Part shown: piece after piece, positions 30,677 to 40,507 of the stretch | Layout: every line of letters begins with the position of its first letter | How positions within the stretch are numbered: position 1 is the stretch's first letter | Origin: Puniceicoccaceae bacterium K14 | GTDB lineage: Bacteria; Verrucomicrobiota; Verrucomicrobiia; Opitutales; Opitutaceae | Length of the DNA: 62,457 nt | Direction: 5' to 3' | Assembly: GCA_022538095.1 (NCBI GenBank) | Contig: JAKYXN010000032.1 | Coordinates: 1-62,457 of the forward strand | The notes under the pieces: generated by a model | Databases searched by the model: none | What the model was told of the DNA's origin: nothing | What the model saw: the letters and a program-made list of their open reading frames with translations, nothing else | Translations under genes and position numbers: made by a program

Positions 30677-31213
30677 ATGCCTTCACTTCAAGAACTACTG
30701 ATCGAAAACCAACCGACCACGTCGGGAATCCACGAAGCCATGGCTCAGCACGCGGAACAAGTTTTCGAAGAGCTTCACGGCGTTCTGCCAATTTTTCTCG
30801 GCAAACGAAAAACTAGCGGGTTCATTAACCTCAGTATTCCTACAAAGGCGTTGCAAAATCGCGATATACTCCTCGCTACCCTCTCCAATCTTATCAAAAC
30901 ATACAACTTGAGCGTTGCCTCATTCGTATCCACAATAAGAGCGCAATTTCCAGGAAGCGAAGAGCCGCAACTAGCTGCTATTCTAATCACCGCAGATTCT
31001 TCTAACGCAGTTTTTCAACTACCTTGGGAATTACAATTCGATGCCACTTCCAACCTCTCCGCATTCAAACGCACTCACGCAGAAGGATTTACAATCGACG
31101 AAGCGACTTGGAAAGAAATGTTCCAAGAGACAAAGAACTTGGCCGACAAAGCGGAAGCCTATGGAAACCTCGTCGAAGTATTCGGAGGAGAGGACCAACT
31201 CCCGCGCCCTTAA
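30677..31213 (+). CDS. Hypothetical protein (178 aa) translationally coupled to aat
   Basis: ATG ORF. Its stop at 31211-31213 lies 2 nt before the aat ATG. No family recognised. Confidence 0.4.
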   Translation: MPSLQELLIENQPTTSGIHEAMAQHAEQVFEELHGVLPIFLGKRKTSGFINLSIPTKALQNRDILLATLSNLIKTYNLSVASFVSTIRAQFPGSEEPQLAAILITADSSNAVFQLPWELQFDATSNLSAFKRTHAEGFTIDEATWKEMFQETKNLADKAEAYGNLVEVFGGEDQLPRP

Positions 31214-31215
31214 CG

Positions 31216-31914
31216 ATGCCTTACTACCAGCTTAGCGATTCGGATACTCGGTTTCCTGATCCGCAACTGGCAGAAAGCGATGGACTCATCGCAGTCGGGG
31301 GAGATCTCAATCCAGAGCGCCTAATCAACGCCTATGCGTCCGGTATATTCCCTTGGTATTCAGAAGATCAACCAATTCTTTGGTTCTCCCCTAATCCCAG
31401 ACTCATACTTTATCCGCAGAAATTTAAGCTCTCTGATAGCCTCCGACGCATCGTCAAATCGAAGAAATTTTCCATAAAAATGGATACACGTTTCGAGGAA
31501 GTTATCCGCTCCTGCTCCAAAGCGCCTAGACCAGACCAAGATGGTACTTGGATAACTGAAGACATGGTTCAAGCCTACATCAAACTCCACAAAATGGGTA
31601 TCGCTCACTCCTTCGAAGCATATCAAAAAGACAGTCTAGTCGGTGGGCTTTATGGAATTTCCCTTGGCAATGCGTTTTTTGGGGAATCTATGTTTCACTC
31701 CGTAGCCAACGCGTCCAAAGTCGCCTTTCACGCTCTGGTTACATTTTGTAATCAAAACAACTTCTCATTCATCGATGCTCAAGTCCCAACCGAACATTTA
31801 AAATCACTCGGAGCGGAAGAAGTATCCAGGGAACTGTTTCTCGAATTGCTCGACCAGTGCCTCGGCAACAAAACGAAACAAGGCTCATGGAGCCATTCTG
31901 CTATAGAGACTTAA
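31216..31914 (+). CDS. aat: Leucyl/phenylalanyl-tRNA--protein transferase
   Basis: MPYYQLSDSDTRFPDPQLAESDGLIAVGGDLNPERLINAYASGIFPWY...PILWFSP.PR... matches the L/F-transferase N-terminus. The track ORF 31024.. is over-extended across the upstream gene. Confidence 0.85.
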   Translation: MPYYQLSDSDTRFPDPQLAESDGLIAVGGDLNPERLINAYASGIFPWYSEDQPILWFSPNPRLILYPQKFKLSDSLRRIVKSKKFSIKMDTRFEEVIRSCSKAPRPDQDGTWITEDMVQAYIKLHKMGIAHSFEAYQKDSLVGGLYGISLGNAFFGESMFHSVANASKVAFHALVTFCNQNNFSFIDAQVPTEHLKSLGAEEVSRELFLELLDQCLGNKTKQGSWSHSAIET

Positions 31915-32374
31915 TTAAATCGACGATCTGTTGCCCATGATTTGGCGAGTCCACCTTTTCGATGTCCGCCAATAACTTCCCCGACTCATCGATCAAGTAA
32001 GCCGATCGCGTTGGACCAACAAAGGTTTTTCCATACATCTTCTTTTCAACCAAAGAGCCAACTGCTGTCGCAAAACCATATTCTGGGTCTGAAACAAAAA
32101 CGAAGTTTGCCCCTTGCTTCTCCGCATAACGACAATGAGAACCGACTGTATCTTTGCTCACGACTACGATTTTTACCCCAAAATCCGAGATCTTGTCTGC
32201 ATGCGCTACAAGGCTTGCGACCTGTAAGTCACAACTCTTTGTATTATTTTTCATGTACACTGAGACAATCGTCCGCGCATCTATCAATTCTGAAAAAAGA
32301 AGCTCTCGCTTCTCTCCGTCAACAGCCGCTTTAACCGTAAAATCTAGATTTAGTTTTTCACCTATTTTTGCCAT
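31901..32374 (-). CDS. Thiol peroxidase of the AhpC/TSA superfamily (Bcp-like peroxiredoxin)
   Basis: Thioredoxin fold with ...KSCDLQVASL... (peroxidatic Cys context) and ...VVVSKD...ANFVFVSDPEYG.... 157 aa. Confidence 0.65.
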   Translation of the reverse strand: MAKIGEKLNLDFTVKAAVDGEKRELLFSELIDARTIVSVYMKNNTKSCDLQVASLVAHADKISDFGVKIVVVSKDTVGSHCRYAEKQGANFVFVSDPEYGFATAVGSLVEKKMYGKTFVGPTRSAYLIDESGKLLADIEKVDSPNHGQQIVDLIKSL

Positions 32375-32793
32375 CGTTTCTCCAAAAAATAGGCACCAAC
32401 TAAACTGAACAACATAAATTTGTCTCTTACAATTAAGCCAAGGTAATCAGACTCCTCAGAACCATCACCCCCAAAGCAACCGCAATCTATCTCCAAGCCT
32501 CGCATATATGCTTGAAAAATCATTACTAGAAACACGACCAATAGAGCGGTTAGTATAAAGGAACCACCGGAGCGAGTCCGCTTCAACAACACGCCCAATC
32601 CTGCAATCACCTCCAAAGGAGCGACCCAACTGGCGATGATAACCGACTGTCCAAAATCAAAAACGCCATAGGTCAGAATCGACGAGACAAAGCCTTCAAG
32701 ATCCATGAGCTTGAGAGTCCCAGCATAAACAAATGCGATCCCCACCCACGCATTCAGGAGCCAGATAATTACCTGTTTTGTAGTACGTCCCAT
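32362..32793 (-). CDS. MauE/DoxX-family membrane protein
   Basis: Four TM segments. The CGCFG motif (..EIDCGCFGGDG..) is typical of MauE-like proteins. Overlaps neighbours on both sides. Confidence 0.55.
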   Translation of the reverse strand: MGRTTKQVIIWLLNAWVGIAFVYAGTLKLMDLEGFVSSILTYGVFDFGQSVIIASWVAPLEVIAGLGVLLKRTRSGGSFILTALLVVFLVMIFQAYMRGLEIDCGCFGGDGSEESDYLGLIVRDKFMLFSLVGAYFLEKRWQK

Positions 32794-33176
32794 CCGCCCT
32801 CCAACACAAATACCTCTTCAAATCCCAGTTCTTCTCGAAGGCGGGACGCTACATGATGCGATCGCAAGCAAGCTTCGCTAGAGCAGTAAACCATAATCGC
32901 CTGATCAGGTAGCCATTGATCCAGCAAACTCATAAATCCTTCTTCCCACGATTCCTCGTTGAGAAGTATTGCCCCTTCGTAATGCCCTTCAGCGTAAACC
33001 TCGTCTAATCGAGCATCAATCCAAAGATAAGTATCCAATGAATCGATATCTTCTAAGCTCACTAGCAAAGAATCATCCAAGCCCTTCTCTGCCATCGGAT
33101 TCACAGCAAATACTATCCACCCAGCAACGAAGCTGATTAAACAATAAATCAAAAGCTGTTTTCCTAGGGCTCTCAT
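32769..33176 (-). CDS. Rhodanese-like (sulfurtransferase) domain protein
   Basis: ...DARLDEVYAEGHYEGAILLN...IMVYCSSEACLRSHHVASRL..GFEEVFVLEGGW is a rhodanese fold with the Cys loop. Confidence 0.65.
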   Translation of the reverse strand: MRALGKQLLIYCLISFVAGWIVFAVNPMAEKGLDDSLLVSLEDIDSLDTYLWIDARLDEVYAEGHYEGAILLNEESWEEGFMSLLDQWLPDQAIMVYCSSEACLRSHHVASRLREELGFEEVFVLEGGWDVLQNR

Positions 33177-33229
33177 AAAAACGCCCTAGCTAAGAACACG
33201 AAGAAACCAGAGTCAACAAAAGGAACCGC

Positions 33230-33595
33230 TTAAGCAGACAATGCTGGGTAACGGGAATGTACTTCTTCGAGAGACTTTTGGAAATCTGATTTAGCCGTAG
33301 CCAACAACGAATTAAACGTATCCAACGCGAGGTCAGCGATCCCATTTTCGATAGACGCCAATGAAGTGGCCACCCCATTGAAACCAAAGTTTGCGCACGA
33401 CCCTTTCACTTTATGAGCCAATTTAGCGACCAATTCCCTACTCGATTCGAAATCTTCAGCTGAAATTTGTGTGAAGTGATCATTCGCATCTTCAACAAAT
33501 TCCTGGAACAACTCAGCCATATCCTCATCAAAATCGTCCTCATCTCCAAAAACCATTTCTAATTGTTCCCAATCAATTAATTCCGAGTCACTCAT
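33230..33595 (-). CDS. Hpt (histidine phosphotransfer) domain protein
   Basis: AHKVKGSCANFGFNG matches the Hpt HKxKGSxxxxG signature. 121 aa. Confidence 0.7.
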   Translation of the reverse strand: MSDSELIDWEQLEMVFGDEDDFDEDMAELFQEFVEDANDHFTQISAEDFESSRELVAKLAHKVKGSCANFGFNGVATSLASIENGIADLALDTFNSLLATAKSDFQKSLEEVHSRYPALSA

Positions 33596-33705
33596 AATTT
33601 AAATCTATTAGTAAATATATTTACGTGCTGAATTCTAAAATAATAGCGGATCATGCACCACAATAATAAATCAGACAACGCACTTTCTTCTCAATTGGTT
33701 ACACA

Positions 33706-34737
33706 TCAATTTTCGCGAATTTGCCTTGAACCATACCCCAAGTCTTTTGCGAGTCGAGGGTTCTTGGCAACAACTTCTTTCGTCGCTTGGCCTGACTTAC
33801 CATCACCTTCAGGAATAACTCCAACAAGACCTTTCGCCTTGTTAAAATTGATACGGAGCTTCTCCGCCACTCGTATATATTCTTCCTTCGAGAGATGGAG
33901 CAACGCTATCAGCAAAGGATCTGGACCTGGAACAGAGGTCCCTTCGCCGTTTTCATTAATCACCGTTCCAATCATCCGTTTAGCAAACGACATCAAACAC
34001 GCCATACGTTCATGCTTACCCGCTTCGCTAGGATCAAACTGGCATCTCACCGGGACTACAATATCGTCTGAGAATCCCCATCGATGCATTACCGATGCTC
34101 CTACTTTCGCATGATCAACACCGAACACCTGAAGCTCTTCCTTCGCGATAGCAATGTCTTCTGGAAGCTGATTCTTAAGTCCAACATTTGGAATTGAACC
34201 AATTTCATTTTCAATAAAGATCATTCCAATACCGTGCAACAATCCGGCAGTATACGCGATCGCTGGGTCCTCGCCATACTTTCGAGCAAGACGTTCCATT
34301 GCAAGAGCGCACGCTACTGAACGCGCCCAAAATTCGCCCGCTCCAATACCATAAGTAGGTAGGCTCTTAGCCAATACATCCGTAAAGGCTAACATCGTGC
34401 AAATCTGATACACGTCGCTGAACCCCAAATGCATGATGCCGTCATCGATGGAATCGATATGGTAACCGGGATTAAAATACGCGCTATTCGCCGTCTTCAA
34501 AACCATTGCGCTCAACGCTGGTTCCAATCGGATCATGTCACGAATCTCATCGGGGTTCGTATTGCAATCAGAAATCATCTGCTGAAGCTTCGGCAATACC
34601 TGTGGTGAAACTGCTAACTCAACAGCATCTATGTCTAAATTTTCTAATTCGATTGCATGGGTAATCATAGCGGAACTTTTGCTATGGGCAATCGACAGAC
34701 ACTCCCCATTTATTAAGCGAAATAGACAATATTTCAT
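33706..34737 (-). CDS. HDOD domain signalling protein (second copy in window)
   Basis: ...LPKLQQMISDCNTNPDEIRDMIRLEPALSAMVLKTANSAYF... is an HDOD pattern. An alternative start MITHAIEL lies at 34668. Confidence 0.7.
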   Translation of the reverse strand: MKYCLFRLINGECLSIAHSKSSAMITHAIELENLDIDAVELAVSPQVLPKLQQMISDCNTNPDEIRDMIRLEPALSAMVLKTANSAYFNPGYHIDSIDDGIMHLGFSDVYQICTMLAFTDVLAKSLPTYGIGAGEFWARSVACALAMERLARKYGEDPAIAYTAGLLHGIGMIFIENEIGSIPNVGLKNQLPEDIAIAKEELQVFGVDHAKVGASVMHRWGFSDDIVVPVRCQFDPSEAGKHERMACLMSFAKRMIGTVINENGEGTSVPGPDPLLIALLHLSKEEYIRVAEKLRINFNKAKGLVGVIPEGDGKSGQATKEVVAKNPRLAKDLGYGSRQIREN

Positions 34738-34882
34738 CCAAAACGGTAAAATCCCTAGTCTCCACTACGCGCCTATTCACCCTTTTCATTATTCAATTCC
34801 CATCACGAGCCGGTGAGTAATTCTCCTCATTTTTACGTCTTTGTGACTTAAGGTTCCTTAGAGCTAATCCGTTCATTAATGT

Positions 34883-35074
34883 ATGAAAATAGAAATAGCT
34901 TTGGACGAAGATGAATGGTCACTTTTAAACGCAGCCGCTGACAGCGTTTGCTCAAGCCCAGAAGAACTCGCTCGCCTCTCACTTATGCAACGCTGTATGG
35001 TAATGTCAGAAGACGAAGACGTTTGTGAGAACACTCGACGCATGATCGGTCTGGTTCCTCTCGAGGATAATTAA
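34883..35074 (+). CDS. Small acidic hypothetical protein (63 aa) immediately upstream of vsr
   Basis: ATG ORF, Asp/Glu-rich (MKIEIALDEDEWSLL...SEDEDVCEN...). No family. Confidence 0.3.
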   Translation: MKIEIALDEDEWSLLNAAADSVCSSPEELARLSLMQRCMVMSEDEDVCENTRRMIGLVPLEDN

Positions 35075-35135
35075 TCCCGATCAATTCCGTCCCTAGTATT
35101 GATTTAAGTCCTCAAAGCTGAGAGCTTTGCAGGCA

Positions 35136-35636
35136 ATGGTCGATACGCTCAGTAAAGAACATCGCTCATGGCTAATGAGTCGGGTAAAGGCTCGAGACAC
35201 CAAGCCAGAAATTATAGTTCGTCGCATCCTTCATTCGCTTGGTTATCGTTTCACTATTAACGGTCCCAAGAACAAAAAATTCCCGGGTAAGCCGGATGTA
35301 GTCCTCCCTAAATACCAAAGTGTGCTATTCGTTCACGGCTGCTTTTGGCACCGGCATCAAAATTGCAAGCACGCCACTACCCCACAAAACAATCGCGATT
35401 ACTGGACTAAGAAATTTTCCCGTAACGTAGAGCGTGACCGCGAAAACGAAAGTAAACTCACCAGTCTCGGCTGGAAAGTCCTGACGATCTGGGAATGCCA
35501 GTTAAAAGACTTAGACGCAGTCGTCGCGAGCCTCATCGCTGAACTGCCCCGCTCCTCCACGTATCAATTACCTTCCGACTTAGAGGACCAAACACTAGCT
35601 GCAGAAACCGCCGCCCGATACGGCAAACACAGCTAG
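35136..35636 (+). CDS. vsr: Very-short-patch-repair endonuclease
   Basis: ...ARDTKPEIIVRRILHSLGYRF.....PGKPDVVLPKYQSVLFVHGCFWHRH......W..K...N.ERD is a near-consensus Vsr. The track TTG at 35127 was replaced by the ATG at 35136. Confidence 0.88.
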   Translation: MVDTLSKEHRSWLMSRVKARDTKPEIIVRRILHSLGYRFTINGPKNKKFPGKPDVVLPKYQSVLFVHGCFWHRHQNCKHATTPQNNRDYWTKKFSRNVERDRENESKLTSLGWKVLTIWECQLKDLDAVVASLIAELPRSSTYQLPSDLEDQTLAAETAARYGKHS

Positions 35637-35714
35637 GTCGAGCATAGCCACGTCGCCAAGCGAATTCGAGAACGACTGCCTTCACTATTGCCAATGCCCA
35701 ACGGCTAACAATAG

Positions 35715-36044
35715 TTGCACCCTCAAATGCAAAGCAAAGACAATATATTTGCTCACATTCCCGTCAGTCGCCAAATGGTAATAATGACGGCCTTCTTCCT
35801 ACCCATCATATTTTGGAAGCGATTTGAGACAGGCCTCACCACAGGCCAAATAGTGTTTTTCTACTGTGCCTTCGTCTTCACATTCTTCCAAGTCCTCAAG
35901 CGCAGCATCGCAGTACGCCAATGGGTCCTGAAAGAGGAAATTGCTCAGAATCGGATAAACGAAATGCTACACATCCCCATCGTCGTTTGGCGAGTCATGC
36001 TAATCTTTGGATTCGCCTACATGCTAAGCGAGCAATATTTCTAG
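35715..36044 (+). CDS. Hypothetical small membrane protein
   Basis: TTG start in the track (ATG at 35727). 2-3 TM segments. No family. Confidence 0.3.
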   Translation: MHPQMQSKDNIFAHIPVSRQMVIMTAFFLPIIFWKRFETGLTTGQIVFFYCAFVFTFFQVLKRSIAVRQWVLKEEIAQNRINEMLHIPIVVWRVMLIFGFAYMLSEQYF

Positions 36045-36050
36045 CCAGGA

Positions 36051-36422
36051 TCACGGACGACGCACATCAGGCTCATACTCTGCCTTTATGCTGTTATCAT
36101 CGTTCACCATCACAAGCTTAGGCTTGAAGCCATCGATATCCGAATCTTCTACATCGGTATAACTCGCAATAATGACCAAATCTCCGATATCGACCAAGTG
36201 GGCGGCTGCCCCATTTAGGCATATCTCACCGTCCTTGCCCCAAATCACATAAGTGTGCAAACGATTGCCATTCGTGCAGTCATAGACATCCACTTTTTCA
36301 AACTCTACCAGATCCGCAGCTGCGCAAAGTTTTGGATCGATACTAATCGATCCTTCGTACTCGAGATTCGCATCCGTGACCGTTGCCCGGTGGATCTTAG
36401 ACTTTAACATCGTACGTTTCAT
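36051..36422 (-). CDS. panD: Aspartate 1-decarboxylase
   Basis: MKRTMLKSKIHRATVTDANLEYEGSISID..L...........V.......NG.R..TY.I....G.I.LNGAAAH is the PanD consensus, including the Gly-Ser pro-enzyme cleavage site. Confidence 0.92.
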   Translation of the reverse strand: MKRTMLKSKIHRATVTDANLEYEGSISIDPKLCAAADLVEFEKVDVYDCTNGNRLHTYVIWGKDGEICLNGAAAHLVDIGDLVIIASYTDVEDSDIDGFKPKLVMVNDDNSIKAEYEPDVRRP

Positions 36423-36435
36423 AATCTTTAAATTC

Positions 36436-37248
36436 TTAGTCTGCGTATTCTTTCGCTTGGTTGGAAATCGGATTCATTGCAAGCACTACGTTAATTCCCT
36501 GCAGCACCAAATCTGGAACAATCACATCGAACAATCCAGAGTTCCGGTAGAGTTGAGACATCCCTCCAGTCGCTATTACCAAACAGTTTTTGTCGCCAAA
36601 TGCTTCATCTCGAATCCGGCCAACGAGCTCTTTTATCAGCCCCAAATAACCGAAATACAAACCACCCTGGATACACTCGATCGTTGATTTGCCCAACGCC
36701 CTTTTCGAATTGGTTATCTCAACAAACGGCAATTTAGCGGTTTTCGATCCCAATGCTTCCATTGAAAGACCCATGCCCGCGCAAATGGAACCACCCAAAT
36801 ACTCCTTGTCCGCACTCACTGCATCGAAGGTAATCGCAGTCCCAAAATCAACAATCAAAGCATCGCGATCGGGATAAAGCTCACTTGTTGCGATAGCATT
36901 CGCAATCCGATCCGCTCCTACCTCTAGAGGATTCTTCGTCTTGATCTTAAGTTTCGTTTTCACCCCTGCTTCCAAGAGCAACGGCTCAACTCCAAAGTAA
37001 ATTCGCGATGCGTTTTTTAACGAATACACCAAATCTGGTACCACACAGCACATCCCAATTCGCGTAATTGATTTAGGATCAATCCCCATTTCCTTCAAAA
37101 CCGAGACTAAGAACAAGCCCAATTCATCCCGAGACGTTCGAGGCGATGTCTCTTTGCGAAATTGAGTAATCATTTCGCCATTGGAGTAGACTCCGCCATG
37201 CATCTGGGAATTGCCAATATCAATACATAAATTTACTTCATCACTCAT
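36436..37248 (-). CDS. coaX: Type III pantothenate kinase
   Basis: LCIDIGNSQMHGGVY N-terminus (Bvg accessory factor/CoaX family). Acetate/sugar-kinase fold motifs. 270 aa. Confidence 0.88.
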   Translation of the reverse strand: MSDEVNLCIDIGNSQMHGGVYSNGEMITQFRKETSPRTSRDELGLFLVSVLKEMGIDPKSITRIGMCCVVPDLVYSLKNASRIYFGVEPLLLEAGVKTKLKIKTKNPLEVGADRIANAIATSELYPDRDALIVDFGTAITFDAVSADKEYLGGSICAGMGLSMEALGSKTAKLPFVEITNSKRALGKSTIECIQGGLYFGYLGLIKELVGRIRDEAFGDKNCLVIATGGMSQLYRNSGLFDVIVPDLVLQGINVVLAMNPISNQAKEYAD

Positions 37249-37272
37249 ATCATTTGATCTCCATTCGAGTGC

Positions 37273-38049
37273 TCAATATTTGGAGACAATCGCTATATCG
37301 ACATTATCGATTAAACGAATCCCCTCCAAGTTAACTGCTCCTAACCGACGACCATCGTGGTCCTCTACATACTCAACATCGAACCCCGATTGGACTAATT
37401 TCGCCTTAGCCTCCTCCGGTGAATCCGCTTCGCACATAGCTTTATTAAAAACGGCGGCCTTTGCTAAACCAGCATCAGACAAACGTCGATTTCGCGAGCT
37501 CAAAGCAAGTCCACTTTCCTCGCGTACAGTTGGACAAGAAACTACTTCGAGTGGTAAAAACAAGGCATCGACCATGCCTTTAACTAAATGGAGTTGCTGA
37601 TAATCCTTCTCTCCAAAATACGCTTTTGTCGGAGTAACAATATTGAACAATTTCAACACTACCGTCAAAACGCCATCAAAATGGCCGGGACGCTTCGCTC
37701 CCTCCATTATACTCGCTAATCTATTTTCCGAAACACGGTACGCATAGTCATCTGGATACATGCTATCAAATTCCGGAGCAAAAATCGCATCAACTCCCAT
37801 ATTCTCGAGAGCAGCAACATCTTCCTCAAAGATCGCTGGATACTTCTCCAAGTCCGCTGGATTATTAAATTGCACACGGTTGAGAAAAATACTGACGACC
37901 GTAAATTCATTCTCCTCTAAGGATCGGGAAACTAAGGCAAAATGCCCGTCGTGTAACCCACCCAAGGTTGGGACAAGTCCCACAGACATTGTAGTTGGTA
38001 TTTCGGCACGTCCTGAACGCCATTCTTCGATAGACTTATATACTTTCAT
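37273..38049 (-). CDS. panC: Pantoate--beta-alanine ligase
   Basis: ...VGLVPTLGGLHDGHFALV... (P.MG.LH.GH motif), ...VVSIFLNRVQF.....L..YP. 258 aa. Confidence 0.92.
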   Translation of the reverse strand: MKVYKSIEEWRSGRAEIPTTMSVGLVPTLGGLHDGHFALVSRSLEENEFTVVSIFLNRVQFNNPADLEKYPAIFEEDVAALENMGVDAIFAPEFDSMYPDDYAYRVSENRLASIMEGAKRPGHFDGVLTVVLKLFNIVTPTKAYFGEKDYQQLHLVKGMVDALFLPLEVVSCPTVREESGLALSSRNRRLSDAGLAKAAVFNKAMCEADSPEEAKAKLVQSGFDVEYVEDHDGRRLGAVNLEGIRLIDNVDIAIVSKY

Positions 38050-38060
38050 CGCAACAATTT

Positions 38061-38852
38061 CTAGTCCCAGAATTCACCCTCAGCCGGAAAAACTCCATCG
38101 ACCACGTCTTCGCAATAACTACTAACCGCTTTATCTACAACGCTCTCTAAGCGAGCGTAATGACGTACAAATTTTGGTTTAAAACTCGTATCCAATCCTA
38201 GCATATCATTCACCACTAATACCTGTCCAGAAGTGTCAGGACCACAACCAATTCCTATTGTCGGAATCGCTAATTCCTCAGTCACAGCCTTAGCCAAACC
38301 AGCGGGAATACATTCAAGCACAATAGAAAAACAACCCGCATCTTCCAATTCCTTGGCTTCAGCAATCAAACGTTCCGCTTCATGCTCACCTCTCCCCTGA
38401 AGTTTGTACCCTCCGAGTTCATTAACAGCCTGGGGCGTCAAACCAAGGTGACCCATAACCGGTACCCCTCCGTCCACAATATGCTCGATCAATTCCAAAT
38501 TTCCCCGACAGCGTTCGAGCTTCACGGCATTGGCCCCAGCACGCATCAAGGTCGCCACCGCCTGAATCGAATTCTCCAATCCCTTCCGATAAGAAAGAAA
38601 TGGCATATCCACCACTATTGGCTTCGTAGGAGCGCCTCGCCGAACCGCTGCAGTATGCGTTGCCAGCATCTCAACCGTCGCGTGAATCGTACTGTCGTAC
38701 CCGTGCACCACCATCGCACAGGAATCTCCCACTAAAATACAATCGACACTCGTATTTTCGAGTATGCGAGCCGTTGCCGCATCATAACAAGTGAGCATCG
38801 AAATCTTACGCTCCGACGCCCTCCATTTTTGGAAATCTGGTATTGCTTTCAT
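38061..38852 (-). CDS. panB: 3-methyl-2-oxobutanoate hydroxymethyltransferase
   Basis: ...ISMLTCYDAATARIL....VDCILVGDS......HGYDST... and ...GANAVKLE.. are PanB signatures. 263 aa. Confidence 0.92.
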   Translation of the reverse strand: MKAIPDFQKWRASERKISMLTCYDAATARILENTSVDCILVGDSCAMVVHGYDSTIHATVEMLATHTAAVRRGAPTKPIVVDMPFLSYRKGLENSIQAVATLMRAGANAVKLERCRGNLELIEHIVDGGVPVMGHLGLTPQAVNELGGYKLQGRGEHEAERLIAEAKELEDAGCFSIVLECIPAGLAKAVTEELAIPTIGIGCGPDTSGQVLVVNDMLGLDTSFKPKFVRHYARLESVVDKAVSSYCEDVVDGVFPAEGEFWD

Positions 38853-39207
38853 AATTCGGGTGCCTGTCAGTCGCGATCAGGATCCAAAAAACGTTAAATC
38901 TAATAATTGAAAATGTTGAATCGAATTGCCGGTCTCCGGTCGCAAAACTCAGAGCCGAACAAAGGCATGCAGACTCAATTCACGGAATTATTCAACCCTT
39001 ATTCAGCGAATATGCCGCGTCTATCATTTGGGAAACAAAATCATATCCCCCTAAAATACTGATTTATATAAGCTTACGATCAGAATGATTGAGTAAGGCA
39101 TATGGTTTCCATTCCCGTCATTAAATAATCAATAAATAACAAAATTGCCCAATATTGAGGTTGAAAAGGAAGCCCGCTAATCAAAAGGTGAAGCCCGATC
39201 TATCCTT

Positions 39208-40500
39208 ATGGCGAACCTAATCGTACACGGTGGCAAACCACTCTCTGGAGTCATTACTCCTTCTGGAAACAAGAATTCAGCTCTCCCGATTCTTTGCGCA
39301 AGCTTGCTGGCCACGGAACCGGTCACCCTCACTAACGTTCCCTCCATCACGGACATAGAAAAGCTGGTCAAATTCTTCCGGGAAATCGGAGTCAAAATAG
39401 ATTGGGACAGAGACTCGAAAACAATGCGCCTGGACGCCGCAGAAATCGCGACGGATCTCAGCGAAGTTACGTTGCCTCAAGGGATGCGCTCCTCAGTGTT
39501 ACTCTTTGCCCCACTCCTCCACCGGTTTAAGAAAATCCGTCTAGACACCAACCCCAAAGGGTGTTCGCTCGGTATTCGAGAACTGGATCCACATTTCGAA
39601 ATCCTCTCCACCCTCGGTACCACCATAGATCGTACTGCTGGACTTGAGCTCTCCATCAACGAGCGATTCCAAGGAGCGAGCTACTGGGCGGACTACATGT
39701 CCGTCACTACCACCGAAAATTTCGTCATGGCTGCGTCCATGGCTAATGGCTCGTCCACCTTGACCAACGCAGCCAGCGAACCGCACGTGCAAGATGTTTG
39801 TCGATTCCTCGTTTCTCTTGGAGCCAAAATCGAAGGCATCGGCACCAGCATCCTCACAGTCACCGGAGTTCCAGAACTAGGCGGCTGCGAAGCAAAAATT
39901 TCGTCCGACCACCACGAGGTCGCCACATTCTTGGCAATCGGAGCAATTACAGGAGGTGAAGTGCGAGTCGAACATTCCGAGCCCCAACACTTCGACTTAA
40001 TCAACCGCTCATTCGGTAAATTTGGCATACAAATAGATGTGGAAGGCGAAACTGCTATCTGTCGCAGTAACCAATCGCTAGAAATCCAGCAACCTTACAC
40101 CTCTAATCTCCTACCGAAAATCGAAGCAGCTCCCTGGCCATACTTCCCAGTCGATCTTCTCCCCCCAATGATCGCATTAGCCACTCAAGCCAAGGGTGTC
40201 ATGCATTTTTGGAACAAAGTATACGAAGGCGGATTCGCCTGGCTTCCAGAACTCGTAAAATTCGGAGCCCACGCCGTTGTGAGCGACCCACATCGCATTA
40301 TAGTATTCGGCAAGCGCCCTATGCATCCGGCGACTGTCGAAGCTCCGTATATCATTCGAGCCGCCGTCGCCCTCTACATGACGGCAGCGAGCATCGAAGG
40401 ACGCAGCATCGTTAAAAACGCAGACCCAATCAGGCGGGCCCACCCACACTTCGCAGAAAACCTGCGTAAACTCGGGGCCGACATCGAGTGGGACGAATAG
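39208..40500 (+). CDS. murA: UDP-N-acetylglucosamine 1-carboxyvinyltransferase
   Basis: MANLIVHGGKPLSGVITPSGNKNSALPILCASLLATEPVTLTNVP matches the MurA N-terminus (active-site loop ...KNSALP... with Cys). 430 aa. Confidence 0.95.
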   Translation: MANLIVHGGKPLSGVITPSGNKNSALPILCASLLATEPVTLTNVPSITDIEKLVKFFREIGVKIDWDRDSKTMRLDAAEIATDLSEVTLPQGMRSSVLLFAPLLHRFKKIRLDTNPKGCSLGIRELDPHFEILSTLGTTIDRTAGLELSINERFQGASYWADYMSVTTTENFVMAASMANGSSTLTNAASEPHVQDVCRFLVSLGAKIEGIGTSILTVTGVPELGGCEAKISSDHHEVATFLAIGAITGGEVRVEHSEPQHFDLINRSFGKFGIQIDVEGETAICRSNQSLEIQQPYTSNLLPKIEAAPWPYFPVDLLPPMIALATQAKGVMHFWNKVYEGGFAWLPELVKFGAHAVVSDPHRIIVFGKRPMHPATVEAPYIIRAAVALYMTAASIEGRSIVKNADPIRRAHPHFAENLRKLGADIEWDE

Positions 40501-40507
40501 CCAGACG

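Noticed and set aside
31024-31215. The 296-aa track ORF that extends aat 64 codons upstream.
   Set aside because: The extension lies inside the preceding 178-aa gene in another frame. Aat homology starts at MPYYQL (31216).
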